This document shows positions 48,795 to 60,889 of a DNA stretch of 64,000 bases, one piece after another. Under the pieces are notes generated by a model. The model was not told the DNA's origin, made no database searches, and saw only the letters and a program-made list of their open reading frames with translations. Position numbers and translations under genes: made by a program. The DNA is taken from NCBI RefSeq assembly GCF_006345805.1, contig NC_043024.1, positions 930,001-994,000 of the forward strand, written 5' to 3'. Numbering within the stretch: the first letter of the stretch is position 1; each line of letters begins with the position of its first letter. This DNA is from Octopus sinensis (Eukaryota).

Positions 48795-49012
48795 AGGCGG
48801 GGGAACTGGCAGAAACGTTAGCGCGCCGGGTGAAATGCTTAGCAGTATTTCGTCTGTCGTTACGTTCTGAGTTCAGATTCCGCCGAGGTCGACTTTGCCT
48901 TTCATCCTTTCGGGGTCGATTAAATAAAGTACCAGTCGATGTATAATTGTCTTAATCCCTTTGTCTGTCCTTGTTTGTCCCCTCTATGTTTAGTCCTTGA
49001 GGACAATAAAGA
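48795..49012 (+). mobile_element. SINE family B
   Basis: Same head and central domain as 16017-16247. Confidence 0.88.
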
Positions 49013-49048
49013 ACTATATCTATACATATATATATGTGTGTGTGTATA

Positions 49049-49088
<40 letters not shown>

Positions 49089-49102
49089 ATGTGTGTATAA
49101 TG

Positions 49103-49141
<39 letters not shown>

Positions 49142-49848
49142 AAAATATATACCTATATATATATACATATATATATAAGCATAAGGCAAATAATACAGTG
49201 CGTGTCTCGCATTAAAATATTCTGAATATAGAAAAGAGGATAATTTGACAATTAGTCATCAAATTTAAAGCGGAAGGGGGATGTTAAAGAAACAGAGAGA
49301 GAGAGAGAGGTCGGAAGGGGAGGGAGAGAGCGAAAGAGAGACAGAGAGATCCGAAAGGGGGGAATAGGGAGAGAGAGAGAGAAAGAGGAGTGAGAGAGAG
49401 AGGGTGAATGGCAGTTGGATCTGATGGCAATTTTTGGAATATTTCGTGTCGTGGTCGTCGGTGGCGGCGGCGGCGGTGGAGCGGTGATGATGACGGCGGC
49501 GGCGGTGTAATGGCCTTGTAGCAACGTCTGTCACATGGTGACAACAACAACAACAGCAGCAATGGTTACAGGAGCGAGATTTCCTATCAACATTCATTTA
49601 GCAGTAACCAGCAGCGAAAAAAACTTCTAATTATAAACATTAGAACAATTGGATTGTTTTGTAACGATGGTTGGTGCTTACAGTTGAACCCCCCGGGTCA
49701 GGCTTCATTGAACAGAACCACTTTACCTATGATCAGACACACACTATACATACATATATATATATATATATATCCTTAAATCCTTAAAAATGTTTTAGCC
49801 CGAAGGCCGCAGCCATGCTGGGGCACCACCGCTGATAAAAAGACCATC

Positions 49849-49930
49849 TGTCAGAAGTGGGATACGAACCCACGCCCACATTCGTGGACCAGAACTTGAG
49901 TCTGGCGCCTTAGACCGCTCGGCCATCCTG

Positions 49931-49932
<2 letters not shown>
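49849..49932 (-). tRNA. trnL-CAA: tRNA-Leu(CAA), intronless, T-loop A58>T variant (possibly a pseudogene)
   Basis: GTCAGGATGGCCGAGCGGTCTAAGGCGCCAGACTCAAGTTCTGGTCCACGAATGTGGGCGTGGGTTCGTATCCCACTTCTGACA folds to a full cloverleaf with a variable arm (CCAC/GTGG); anticodon at 49896-49898; TTTTT terminator 7 nt downstream; no encoded CCA. Confidence 0.85.
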
Positions 49933-49961
<29 letters not shown>

Positions 49962-50331
49962 CTCTTTTACTCGTTTCGGTCATTTGACTGCGACCATGCA
50001 GGAGCACCGCCTTTAGTCGAGCAAATCGAACCCAGGACACTTATTCGTTATAAGCCTAGTACTTATTCTATCGGTCTCTTTTGCCGAACCGCTAAGTTAC
50101 AGGGACGCAAACACACCAGCATCGGTTATCAAGCGACGTTGGGGGGACAAACACAAACACACACACACACGATTCCATCTATTAAATCTACTCACAGGGC
50201 TCTGGTCAGCCCAGGCTTATAGTGGAAGACACTCGGTCAAGCTGCCTCACAGTGTGACTGAACTCAAGACCACATGGTAGAGAGTTAAGTTTCTTAACCA
50301 CAAGGCCACGCCCGTGCCCAAAATATAAACA

Positions 50332-50395
50332 TCCCCATCCTGAGAATCAAACCAGGGGCCGTCGCCTGGGTGAAGGCCAGGAATCCTAATCCATT
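50332..50395 (-). pseudogene. tRNA-Glu(TTC) remnant
   Basis: TTAGGATTCCTGGCCTTCACCCAGGCGACGGCCCCTGGTTTGATTCTCAGGATGGGGA: intact anticodon arm CCTGG/CCAGG, damaged T arm, 5' acceptor strand missing. Confidence 0.7.
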
Positions 50396-51064
50396 GAAGA
50401 TTGTGCCCCAGCATGGATAAAGTCTAATGACAAAAAAAAAAAGTTGAAATGAAAATAATGTTGGTGTGGTAATTAATTACAAAGGACTAAATTACTCATC
50501 GTAAAAGTGGATTCATTTCTGATTGCTTAAAAAGTATTTGCCCCAATTTTTTTTTGTACGGTGGGGGGGGGGGGAAGTAAAAATAAAAAAAAAATATACA
50601 GGCTAATCTAAAACTACTCAGACGCAGTTACAAGATAGCAACAAGAAATTCCTTACATGGTTGTTACAATTATCCTTTCGACTATCTCTTCATGCTCTAC
50701 ATATATTCGTGATACGTCGAAATGCATGGCGAAATACCGGGAGACTAGTAAGCAACAACAACAAACAAACAAACACCATAAGAGATCCTTGTGATTACAA
50801 AGCGTGACTTGATAGTCATCAGCCAGATCTGGAGCTCAAAGACACTTGACAGTATCAAAGTCTACGGGCGTGGCTCCACAACCACGGGGTCTTAGTGCTT
50901 AGTCTCATTTTTAGGATCCTTAGGCAAGTGTTTTCTATTATAGCCCTGGGCCATCAAAACCCTTGGGAGTCAATATATGTATATGAAGCTTGTTACATAT
51001 GTGTGTATTATATTTGTATATAGATATATATGTGTGTGTGTGTGTATGTGTGTATATATATATA

Positions 51065-51463
51065 TATTCTTTTCTATTTTAGGCACAAGGCCTGAAATTT
51101 TGGGGAAGGGGGCTAGTCGATTAGATCGACCCCGGTATGCAGCTGGTACTTAATTTATTGACCTCGAAAGAATGAAAGCAAAGTCGACCTCGGCAGAATT
51201 TGAACTCAGAACATAAAGACGACGAAATACCTATTTTTTTACTACCCACAAGGGGCTAAACACAGAGAGGACAAACAAGGACAGGCACATGGATTAAGTC
51301 GATTAGATTGACCCCGGTATGCAACTGGTACTTAATTTATTGACCCTGAAAGGTTGAAAGGCAAAGTCGACCTCGGCGTAATTTGAACTCAGAACGTAAA
51401 GACAGATAAAATACAGCAAAACACTGTACCCGGCATGCTAACGTTTCTGCCAGCTCGCGACCT
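51065..51463 (-). mobile_element. SINE family B tandem dimer with two different 3' tails and one head
   Basis: Central domain present twice (about 51115-51230 and 51295-51410); first tail ...GGCCTTGTGCCT, second ...GCCCCTTGTGGGTAGT. Confidence 0.85.
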
Positions 51464-54174
51464 TAGAGCTAAGTGCATTAACCCGTCTCTGTCAGTTAGC
51501 AGTGCCTACACTTTCGTGGAGTGATGGGCCTGGTCGAGAGAAGTGCATAGGTCCCAATGCCGGCCGGCCACGAAGCTGATGGCAGCAGGGTGCTTATCTG
51601 CGACCTGCGGATGCCGCATGCCTACTGGCCCGACGGGAACGGGTCGCTATAACGGATCGGAGAGGAAGTGCATACGATGCCAGCGCCCCAGAAATCGAGT
51701 GGTTGCCCTTCCATACAGGCTCATCCCTTTCAAACCTCTCCAGCTGAGCATTCCTAATCTTGCAGGCTCCTAAGTGCTGGGGCCACATAAAAAGTACCTG
51801 TGCCGGTGCTGCATAAAAATCAGACCTCGTCTGTGCTGGTGCCATGTAAAAAGCACTCAGTCCACTCTGCGGGGTGGTTGGTGTTAGGAAGGGCATCCAG
51901 CTGTAAAAACTCTGCCAAAACCAACACAGAAGTCTGGTGCTGGCTCCTGTCAAACCCTCTAACTCATGCCAGCAGGGAAGGTGGACATAAAATAATGATG
52001 ATAATGATGACAATGAGGGTTCTGGTCGATCCAATCAATGGAACAGCCTACTGGTGAAATCAACGTGTAGGTGGCTGAGCACCCCACAGACTCATGTACC
52101 CTTAATGTAGTTCTCAGGGAAATTCAGTGAGTCACAGAATGTGACAAGGCCGACCTTTCTGAAATACAGGTGCAACTCATTTTTGCCAGCAGAGTGGATG
52201 AGAGTAACATAAAAATAAAAGGCCTTGCTCAAGGACACAGTGCATAGCTGGGAATTGAACACACAACCTTTCAGTTGTGAACAGAATACCCTAACAACTA
52301 TCATGCACCTTCCCCCTCCCCCCACAACATACATTCTGTTTTCTTATTGCCCACAAGGGGCTAAACATAGAGGGAGAAAACAAGGACAAAGAGATTACAT
52401 CGAACCCAGTGCGAAACTGGTACTTTATTTATCGACCCCGAAAGGATGAAAGGCAATGTCAACCTCGGTGGAATTTGAACTCAGAACGTAATGGCAGACG
52501 AAATACCACTAAGCATTTCGTCCGGCGTACTAATGTTTCTGCCAGCTCGCCGCCTTACCACAACATACATTCATACACATGATAGGCTTCTTTCAGTTTC
52601 CATCAACCAAGTTCACTCATAAGGCCTTGGTCGACCTGGGGCTATAGCAGAAGACCCATGTCCAAGATGCTGCAGAATGGGACAGAACCCAAGACCACAC
52701 AGCCATACCTGGGGTATAAGAAATTCATACTTCTAAATATCAGAGCCAAAGGAATTTTTAATTTCATTAATCATCTCCACATGGAAAAAAACCCCACCAA
52801 AAGTAAGATATTCTTTGATAACAAATACATGGATAAACACACACACACACACACTCTGCCAAGCAGGTACCACATGGTAAAACGCATTAATAACAGATGT
52901 CAGCAATAAGTTGCTGATAACAAAAATTTAAAATATATTAAAAAAATTTTTTTAATAGATGAAGGAATTTCACAAGCACAGAATAGCTATGTGGTTAAAA
53001 AGCTTGCTTCACAACCACATAGTTCTGGGTTCAAACCCACTGCATGGCACACCATGGGCAATTTTTTTTTTCTATTGCGGCCTAGCATCAACCAATGCTG
53101 TTTGAGTGAATTTAGATTTAGTAGAGAGAAACTGTGTGGAAGCCTGCCATGGATGTATCTTGATTATTTTCATGTCCACTTTTCCCTGCTTGCATGGGTT
53201 CGACAAATATTTTGTTGAGGCAGATTTTCTTTAGTTGAACGCTCTTCCTGTCACCAACCTTCACCTGTTTCCAAATAAGGTAATATTTACTCACAACTGG
53301 GTGTGGTTTTTTTCAGAGAAGATTATGAATGAAGGACACAGCTTGTACAACAGACACAGACTGCATAACACACACACACACGTGTGTGGGCGTTTCCAAC
53401 TGCCAAATCCACTCCCAAGTCTTTGATCAGCCTGGTGGCCTTAATAGAAGGCACTTGGCCAAGGTACCATGCAACAGGACTGAACCAGAACCATGTGGCT
53501 GGCAAACAAACTTCTAACCCCACAACCACTTGTGTTTGTCCCCTACTGCTGCTTGACAACCAGAGTTGGTTTGTTTTCATCCTTGTAATTTAGTGGATCA
53601 GCAAAAGAGACCAATAGAATAAGAACCAGACTTGAAAATAAGTCCTGTGGTTAATTTGTTAGACTAAAAACCTGCAAGGCAGTGCTCCAGCATGGCTGCA
53701 ATCCAAAGACTGAAACAAATAAAAGATAACAGGTTCCATAATCTGTTTTGGCTCAGTTTCTATGGTTGGATGCGCTCCTTATCAGTTCCTTGTTACACTG
53801 TCCAACCCATGACAGCATGGAAAACAGAAGTTAAATGATGAGGAAGACCCTGCTCTTCCTTTTCTAACTAAACCAGAAAACAAAAACAAAATAAGATAAA
53901 CAAATAAAAGCACTTGTGAACTATCTAACTGCACACTCCTTTCCATCCAGGACCACCTAGCCTCCGTTCACCCAACACATCTCCCACACAAAATCCCAAA
54001 CACTTTGACTGGACCCTCCAGCAGGAAGTTGGAAGGAGTGCAGCAGTGGCACGTGGGACAGGGATAGAAGATAGAGCCTTTATCTGGACACAAGAACAGG
54101 ATAAGGGAATCACATGATATTCATGCCTTCCTCAAAAAAAGAAAGAAAAAAATGGGCACACAGGGTTCATCGTA

Positions 54175-54566
54175 TACTCTTTACTCTTTTACTTGTTTCA
54201 GTCATTTGACTGCGGCCATGCTGGAGCACCGCCTTTGGTCGAGCAAATCGACCCTGGGACTTATTCTTTGTAAGCCCAGTACTTATTCTATCGGTCTGTT
54301 TTACCGAACCGCTAAGTGACGGGGACGTAAACACACCAGCATCGGTTGTCAAGCAATGCTAGGGGGACAAACACAGACACACATATATATATATATATAC
54401 ATATATACGACAGGCTTCTTTCAGTTTCCATCTACCAAATCCACTCACAAGGCATTGGTCGGCCCGGGGCTATAGCAGAAGACACTTGCCCAAGATGCCA
54501 CGCAGTGGGACTGAACCCGGAACCATGTGGTTGGTTAGCAAGCTACTTACCACACAGCCACTCCTG
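54175..54566 (-). mobile_element. SINE family A, young subfamily
   Basis: Near-identical to 43312-43707; abuts an RTE tail at about 54567-54690. Confidence 0.9.
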
Positions 54567-55866
54567 TATCATCATCATTGTCGTTTAATGTCCGCTTTCC
54601 ATGCTGGCATGGGTTGGACAGTTTGACTGAGGGCTGGCAAACCAGAAAGTTGCACCAGGCCCCGATCCGATCTGGCAAAGTTTCTACAGGGTTGTACGTA
54701 GGAAAAGGCAAAACCAACTTCAATGAGATTTGAACCCAGAATATAAGAGGACATAATCCAACAACAGATGGCATTTATAACCAGTGCCCTGCCAAGTCTG
54801 CCATTCACCTATTGCGCCTCAAATATTGTTAAGTTTCATTTACATTTTTGTCAGTTGTTAATGGAGATCTTCCCATTGTTATTTTGTTTTGTTTCCCCCT
54901 CCCCTCAAATGTATTGTGCAAATGGTTATTGTATTCAGAAAGTCATGGTGTATACAATGTGTGCGTAATATTGCCATTGTTACTTTTGTTGAATCACTAG
55001 TCAGCCACTAGATTATGGAGGAAACATATTCAAAGACATTCCAGCAATGACCCCCACACCAGATTTCCTTTCAGACATTCAGCATTTAGACCTATATTAT
55101 TCAATGTAGTCCTTTTCCCCCTCTTCGTTCTGAGATGCTAAAATTTTATTTGAGGGATCTGACTATTATTTCTAGCACCCTAAGGCTAATGGGTACAGTC
55201 CTGTGGCTGTAAGTCAGCCCTTTCTCAGGTCTACTAACCCCTAACCCTTCATATATAAAGTTGTCAATTATCATTTCTGGCTACTTATGTTACCCCTTAA
55301 AACCCACAAACACACAGTTAGGAAGCAAGCTTCTCAGCCACACCTGGAATTTTAATTAAAATTATACCCTTAATGATGAGAGCACTCATTTCCTGAAAGA
55401 CTAATTCTATCTCCTTACCCCTGAAAAAGATGACATCCACAACGATTTAATTAATGTAAATTAATTATGGAATGTAGTGGGAAGTGAGCCTGGTTTTTAG
55501 TAGTACATTGGCAGTTCACAGTTAACAGGTTTTGGTTTAGTGTTGAGGACCAGCTCGGCAAAGGGTTCGTCTAATGGTTGGAGCAGATCCTAGAAATAAC
55601 GACTACAGAAAAGGATAAGGATTTTTGTGATTAAGCAGGGAGGGGAAGCTATCAATTAAAAAATATTAATTAGTGTCAGCAAGTGAGGTGGGTGTTAATG
55701 TAGACAAAATGGTAAAGACAGATACAGGTGTGGCTCAGATGCAGGCATGAGAGAGAGGTTTGCTTCCCAACCATGTGGTTTTGGGTTCAGTCCCACCATG
55801 CGGCACCTTGGGCAGGTGAACATGGTTGAGGCCCATCATGTGCTGTATATGTGTGTGTGTATGTAT

Positions 55867-55899
<33 letters not shown>

Positions 55900-55900
<1 letters not shown>

Positions 55901-55954
55901 GTATAGAAGCCATCTTATCATGGCTAACCACATTGATAAGATGGCTTCTATACT
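55900..55954. repeat. Perfect 21-bp inverted repeat with a 13-nt loop
   Basis: AGTATAGAAGCCATCTTATCA-tggctaaccacat-TGATAAGATGGCTTCTATACT; sequence resembles the interior of the Helitron (about 18385-18420). Confidence 0.92.
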
Positions 55955-56020
55955 TTACATTATCGAGCGATTACTGTTTCAATCTCATTCTGAGATTTAA
56001 TTATGCCTATATATATATAT

Positions 56021-56152
56021 ATTTATTTTGTAGAAGGAGCTTCTACAGGACTAGAACTGTTTCATTCAAAAGAAATCATCAGGGAGCTTCCTGATGATTT
56101 CTTTTGAATGAAACAGTTCTAGTCCTGTAGAAGCTCCTTCTAAAAAATAAAT
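56021..56152. repeat. 132-nt loopless palindrome with CTGATGA...GAAAC in each arm
   Basis: Centred on AG|CT (56086/56087); only two mismatched pairs (56084/56089 and 56030/56143). Confidence 0.95.
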
Positions 56153-59100
56153 TAATTTACTCTGCTATGCATTGAGTACCTTATTTACTGTGGTTAACCC
56201 CGACTCAACCCGGGACCTACATATATATATATATATATATATAGGCATGGCTGTGTGGTAAGAAGCTTGCTTCTCGACCACATGGTTCCAGGATCAGTCC
56301 CACTGCATGGCACCTTGGGCAAGTGTCTTCTGCTATAGCCCAGGGCCAACCAAAGCATTTTGAGTGAATATGGGATACAGAAACTGTGTGGAAGTTCATG
56401 TGTGTGTGAGTGTCTCCAACCACTGCTGCTTGACAACTGGTGTTGGTTTGTTTACATCTTCAAAACTTAGCAGTTCAGCAAAAGGAGTCTGTTCTACCCC
56501 ACTGTATTAGTTCCTGTTCACTCTTACAGCCCTCCTAGTGTGGCTTGCAGGGTCCATGTCTCATTTATATCACAGACAGTCCTCAAGAAAACTACAAACC
56601 AGCCATGTTCTGTGGGGGTGGGGGGTGTTCCATTATAAGGAGACGAAAGAATAAAAGACAGACAGCCTGTGTCGTCGCGATTAACAGCTGCTGCTTGAAA
56701 AGTCCTTACAAAGCCAGATCGATAATCATTAATGTTCGTTTTCTCCCTGCTTCACAGGTGAACATATGTCTGCTACAGTCTACTGCTACGACCTACCTTT
56801 CCTTACTTCTGTCTTCTGCTACATTCTCTCACCTGCAAATTCCGACTTTCAATGCTTAATCCTTCAGCATTTAAACCAGCCATAATCCAACCAAAATACT
56901 CTCCCTGTTTTCTGCTGAAACTGACTAGGTCTGGCCTCTTACACCTACCCTACAATATCATTCTAAGAACTGAAATCTTGAAGCTAAAAGATAATGAATA
57001 AATAAGCATTACATTTGACAGAGTCAAGTGAATGTTAAAGGATTAAATCTAACGAATTGTCTCGTCTTTGTTAGTAGAGACATCTATATTGGTTCCATAT
57101 GGAGTATGATCACGAAGGTGCATGGCTTAGTGGTTAGGGGTAACCGGTTCACGATCGTAAGGTCGTGGGTTCAATTCCTGGCAGCGCATTGTGTCCTTGA
57201 GCAAGGCACTTCATTTCACACGGCTCCAGTCCACTCAGCTGGCAAAAATGTGCCTGTAATTCAAAGGGGCCAGAAAGGTGGCATAACTTTACCTAAATAT
57301 CCGGTCTTTAGTGACACATATACCCATCCATCCATCCATCTTCTCTGCCTATAATTCCTGGGAGAGTTGTGGGTGCAGAGCCCTTGCTCTCATCTCCATA
57401 CACTCCTTATCTGAAGCAGTCATTATACTTTCCAACTGGATTCCCAAGCATCCCCAATAGAGACTATGGATATTATCCGACCCTCTCATTCTGCTGCACG
57501 GCCAGATTGAACCCCAGGTCATATGGTCACGAAGCAAGCTTCTTAACCACACAATAATGCCAGCTCCAATACATATATAACAACTTGTAATATAATGCCT
57601 AAAAATTTCCAATTTCACAGAAACTAATTTGACTTTCTTCCTAGAAAATAATTAAACCAGATTAACGTCCGTCTTCCATGTATGTATGGGTAGGGCGGGT
57701 GACAGGAGCTAGCCAGGTAGAAGACTACCCCAGGCTGCTGTGTCTGGGTGGGTTTTTATGGCTGGATGCCCTTCCTAACACCAACCACTGCAGAGTGAAT
57801 TCAGTGATTTTCATGTGGCACTAGCACAGGTGAGGTCAATTTTGGCAAGGTTTTTACAGCTGGATGCCCTTCCAAATGCCAACCATTTTACAGTGTGAAT
57901 TGGATGTTTTTTACATGGCCCCAGCATTGGCAGGGTCACCACATAACTCACAAGACAAAGAATTTTGAAAGAGGGTAGGGGCATTGGTGGAGGGGATCTT
58001 GTGTCAGATGATGAAAGGTTAGAGGGTGACAGAGAAATACAGAGGCAGAAACAGGTGTCTTGTTATAGGGATAAATTTTGGATTTAGGTTTTTGATGCAA
58101 TCCCAGTTCTATAGATACAAGGTTTTTGTGGGTGTTTTACACACACACACACACAACAGGCTTCTTTCATTTTCTGAAATCCTCTCACAAGCCCTTAGTT
58201 AACCCAGGGCTTAAGCAGAAGACAGTAGTTGCCTAGGAGGTCACACAGTGGGATTAATACAGAGAGCATGCTATTAAGAAGCAAACTTCTTACCCCACAG
58301 CCACACTTGCCCCCACCCCTACCCCACCAAAAAATATTTAAAAAACTGATTTTTAAATATTCTATTTTATTTAAAAAATGTTTTTTTTTAAATGGTCATT
58401 TGTTAAGTTACGTTAAGTGTTTAAATTTTCAGCTTTATTTCTGACATACTTCTGACTTTTGAACAGGTATAGAAAGACATTCCAGATGTTTTTTCTTTTT
58501 CCTTCTTTTTGTCATAGTATTTTTATAGTAGTTGGTTGGTTTAACTGTCTTTACTTTATAACCTTTCAATTAAAACAATTCGCTCTTTCTCTCTCTTTCT
58601 TTCCTTTCAATTTTCTCCTATGTTTGCTTGTTTATGAACTCCTTTCATAAATAATATTTTTCTTTAAAAAATCCACTTTCTCATAGCTACAGCATTTAAA
58701 CATAAAACTTAAACAGATTACACTGCTATTAAATAACCTGACAACCGTGTTTATTGTGAGCTTTCAATTAATATAACAAATGCCTTATTAGTCAAAGAAC
58801 AAATAGAGGACTAGTAGCTGTTGGTGGAGGTGTTTGTGGGCCGAGTCCACAGGTCTAATTATATTTGTGTAGCAAACTTTGTTTTTTTCCTTTTGTCAAT
58901 AAGTGTTATATTTCCTATTTGCTTCTATCTAGAAATCAAAGGAAAAGATTACTATTTCCTTCAGACTTTGCTTTTTTTGACCTGGACATCAATGTTCTGA
59001 AACTGAACAATTCTCCATTACATTTCACACAGATTCAGAGCCGAGTGGCTGAAGCAGAAATATCGTTATAGCAAATATTCTGCTCAATACCAGAGAGTTT

Positions 59101-60109
59101 CTTGTCCATTGCTTGACCTTAACCACTTGAGTATGTTCCGTAGTGGCTGACGATATGTGCATTTCTGAGCAGGAGCAGAGGGGGAGCATCATAGCCATGT
59201 GTTGAGAGAGGGATTCTTTGGAGTTTGAATAAATGTAACGAAAGCAAAGTTTTAAGGAAATATGAGCCATTTTTCATACTTTCTAAGGGGTAAGCAAAGA
59301 GGAACCAACAGTTGCTACCCAAGGATGAAGATCATACTACACAGTGTTATTATTACAACACATACTGGTTCAGTTGTTGTATAAATGATATCCTACAACT
59401 GTGGGTTTCAACATTTTGTGGCCCCTCGGTGCTCCTGCCCACTGGTTGGTTGGTTGGTGTATTACAAAGATCCCTTCCCGATGTTTTCTAACAAAAAGAA
59501 AAAAAAAAACCCTGTAGGCATGGCTGTGTGGTTAAAAAGCTCAATTTGCAACCGTATAGTTTCAGGTTCAACCCCATTGTGCTGCATCTGGGGCAAGTGT
59601 CTTTTACTATAGCTCTGGGCCAACCAATGGCAAATGCCATGGTAGAAGGAAACTGTGGAAGCCCATCATATGTGTGTGTCTTTCTGTTTGCTCCCTCTCA
59701 CATCGTTTGACAAATGTTACTGGTTTCCCATAACTTAGCAGTTTGGCAAAAGTGACTGACATAATAATTATTAGACTTAAAAAAATAAAAAAGTAAGCAG
59801 AGGTTGATTTATTCAACTAAACACTTTAAGGCAGTGCCCCAGCAAGGCCACACTCCAATAAGAGGGGGGGGGGACACTAGGAATGTGGCCTGGGTGTCAA
59901 CCCCAAAAAGTTGAGGAACCACTGTTTTAGAGAGAGGCATAGATCAATGACCCCACACCAGCCCATGTTAGCCTCCAATGAAAATATATTGAACCTTAGC
60001 ACATCATCAGTTGGTCACAGATAACAAAACATCTCACTTGTATTCTTCTAATCTTGACAAAACAAATTTTTTTTTTTTACTTCTTTTAAAATGTGTTTAG
60101 AAAGAGTCT

Positions 60110-60480
60110 TTTTCATCATCATCATCATCATTTAATATCTGTTTTCCATGTTGGCTTGCATTCCACAGTTTGACAGGAAACGGCAAAGCCAGGAGTCCCA
60201 CCAGATTCCATTGTCTGTTTTGACCTGGTTTCTCTGGTTGAATGCCCTTCCTAACATCAACCACTTTACAGAGTGTACTGGGTGCTTTTTATGTGGCACC
60301 ATCACTGATGCATTTTACATGGCACCAGCACCAGTTCTTTTTACAAGGCACCAGCACTTTTACGTGGCACCAGTACTAATGCTTTTTATGTGACACCAAC
60401 ACCACTGCTTTTTTATGTGGCACCAGCACCAGTGGTTTTTTATGTGAAACCAGCAATGGTGCTTTTTACATGACACAGGC
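60110..60480 (-). mobile_element. RTE-type tail with a locally expanded ~27-bp GGCACCAGCAC...TTTTTATGT array (about 8 units)
   Basis: (ATC)n start, tail body, then repeated TTTTTATGTGGCACCAGCACC units at about 60290-60480. Confidence 0.75.
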
Positions 60481-60662
60481 ACCAGTGCTCAACTGGTCCT
60501 TACTTTATCAATCCCAAAAGGACGAAAGGCAAAGTCGACCCCAGCAGCATTTGAATCTAGACTATAAAGACAGATGAAAACTGACCAGGCATTCTGCCCA
60601 GCATGCAAACAATTTTGTCATCTCACTGCCTTATTTCTGCAGAATATTGGAAACGAATGACA

Positions 60663-60889
60663 TTGACCCTTTAGTGTTCAGATTATTCTATCAAACATAA
60701 TGCCTATGGATTCCCATTGATTTGAATTAATCATGCATTATCTCATATCTTCAAGATCTTGACGGAGTAATTACTTAATGTAGAATAACATTGTAGGGTA
60801 GGTGTGAGGGCCTGGATCTGGTCAGTTTGAACATAAAACAGATTAACTATTTTGGCCGGATATGGCCGGTTTAAATACTAAAGGGTTAA
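60663..60889 (+). mobile_element. piggyBac-like MITE, family 2
   Basis: TTGA|CCCTTTAG...CTAAAGGG|TTAA. Confidence 0.78.
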
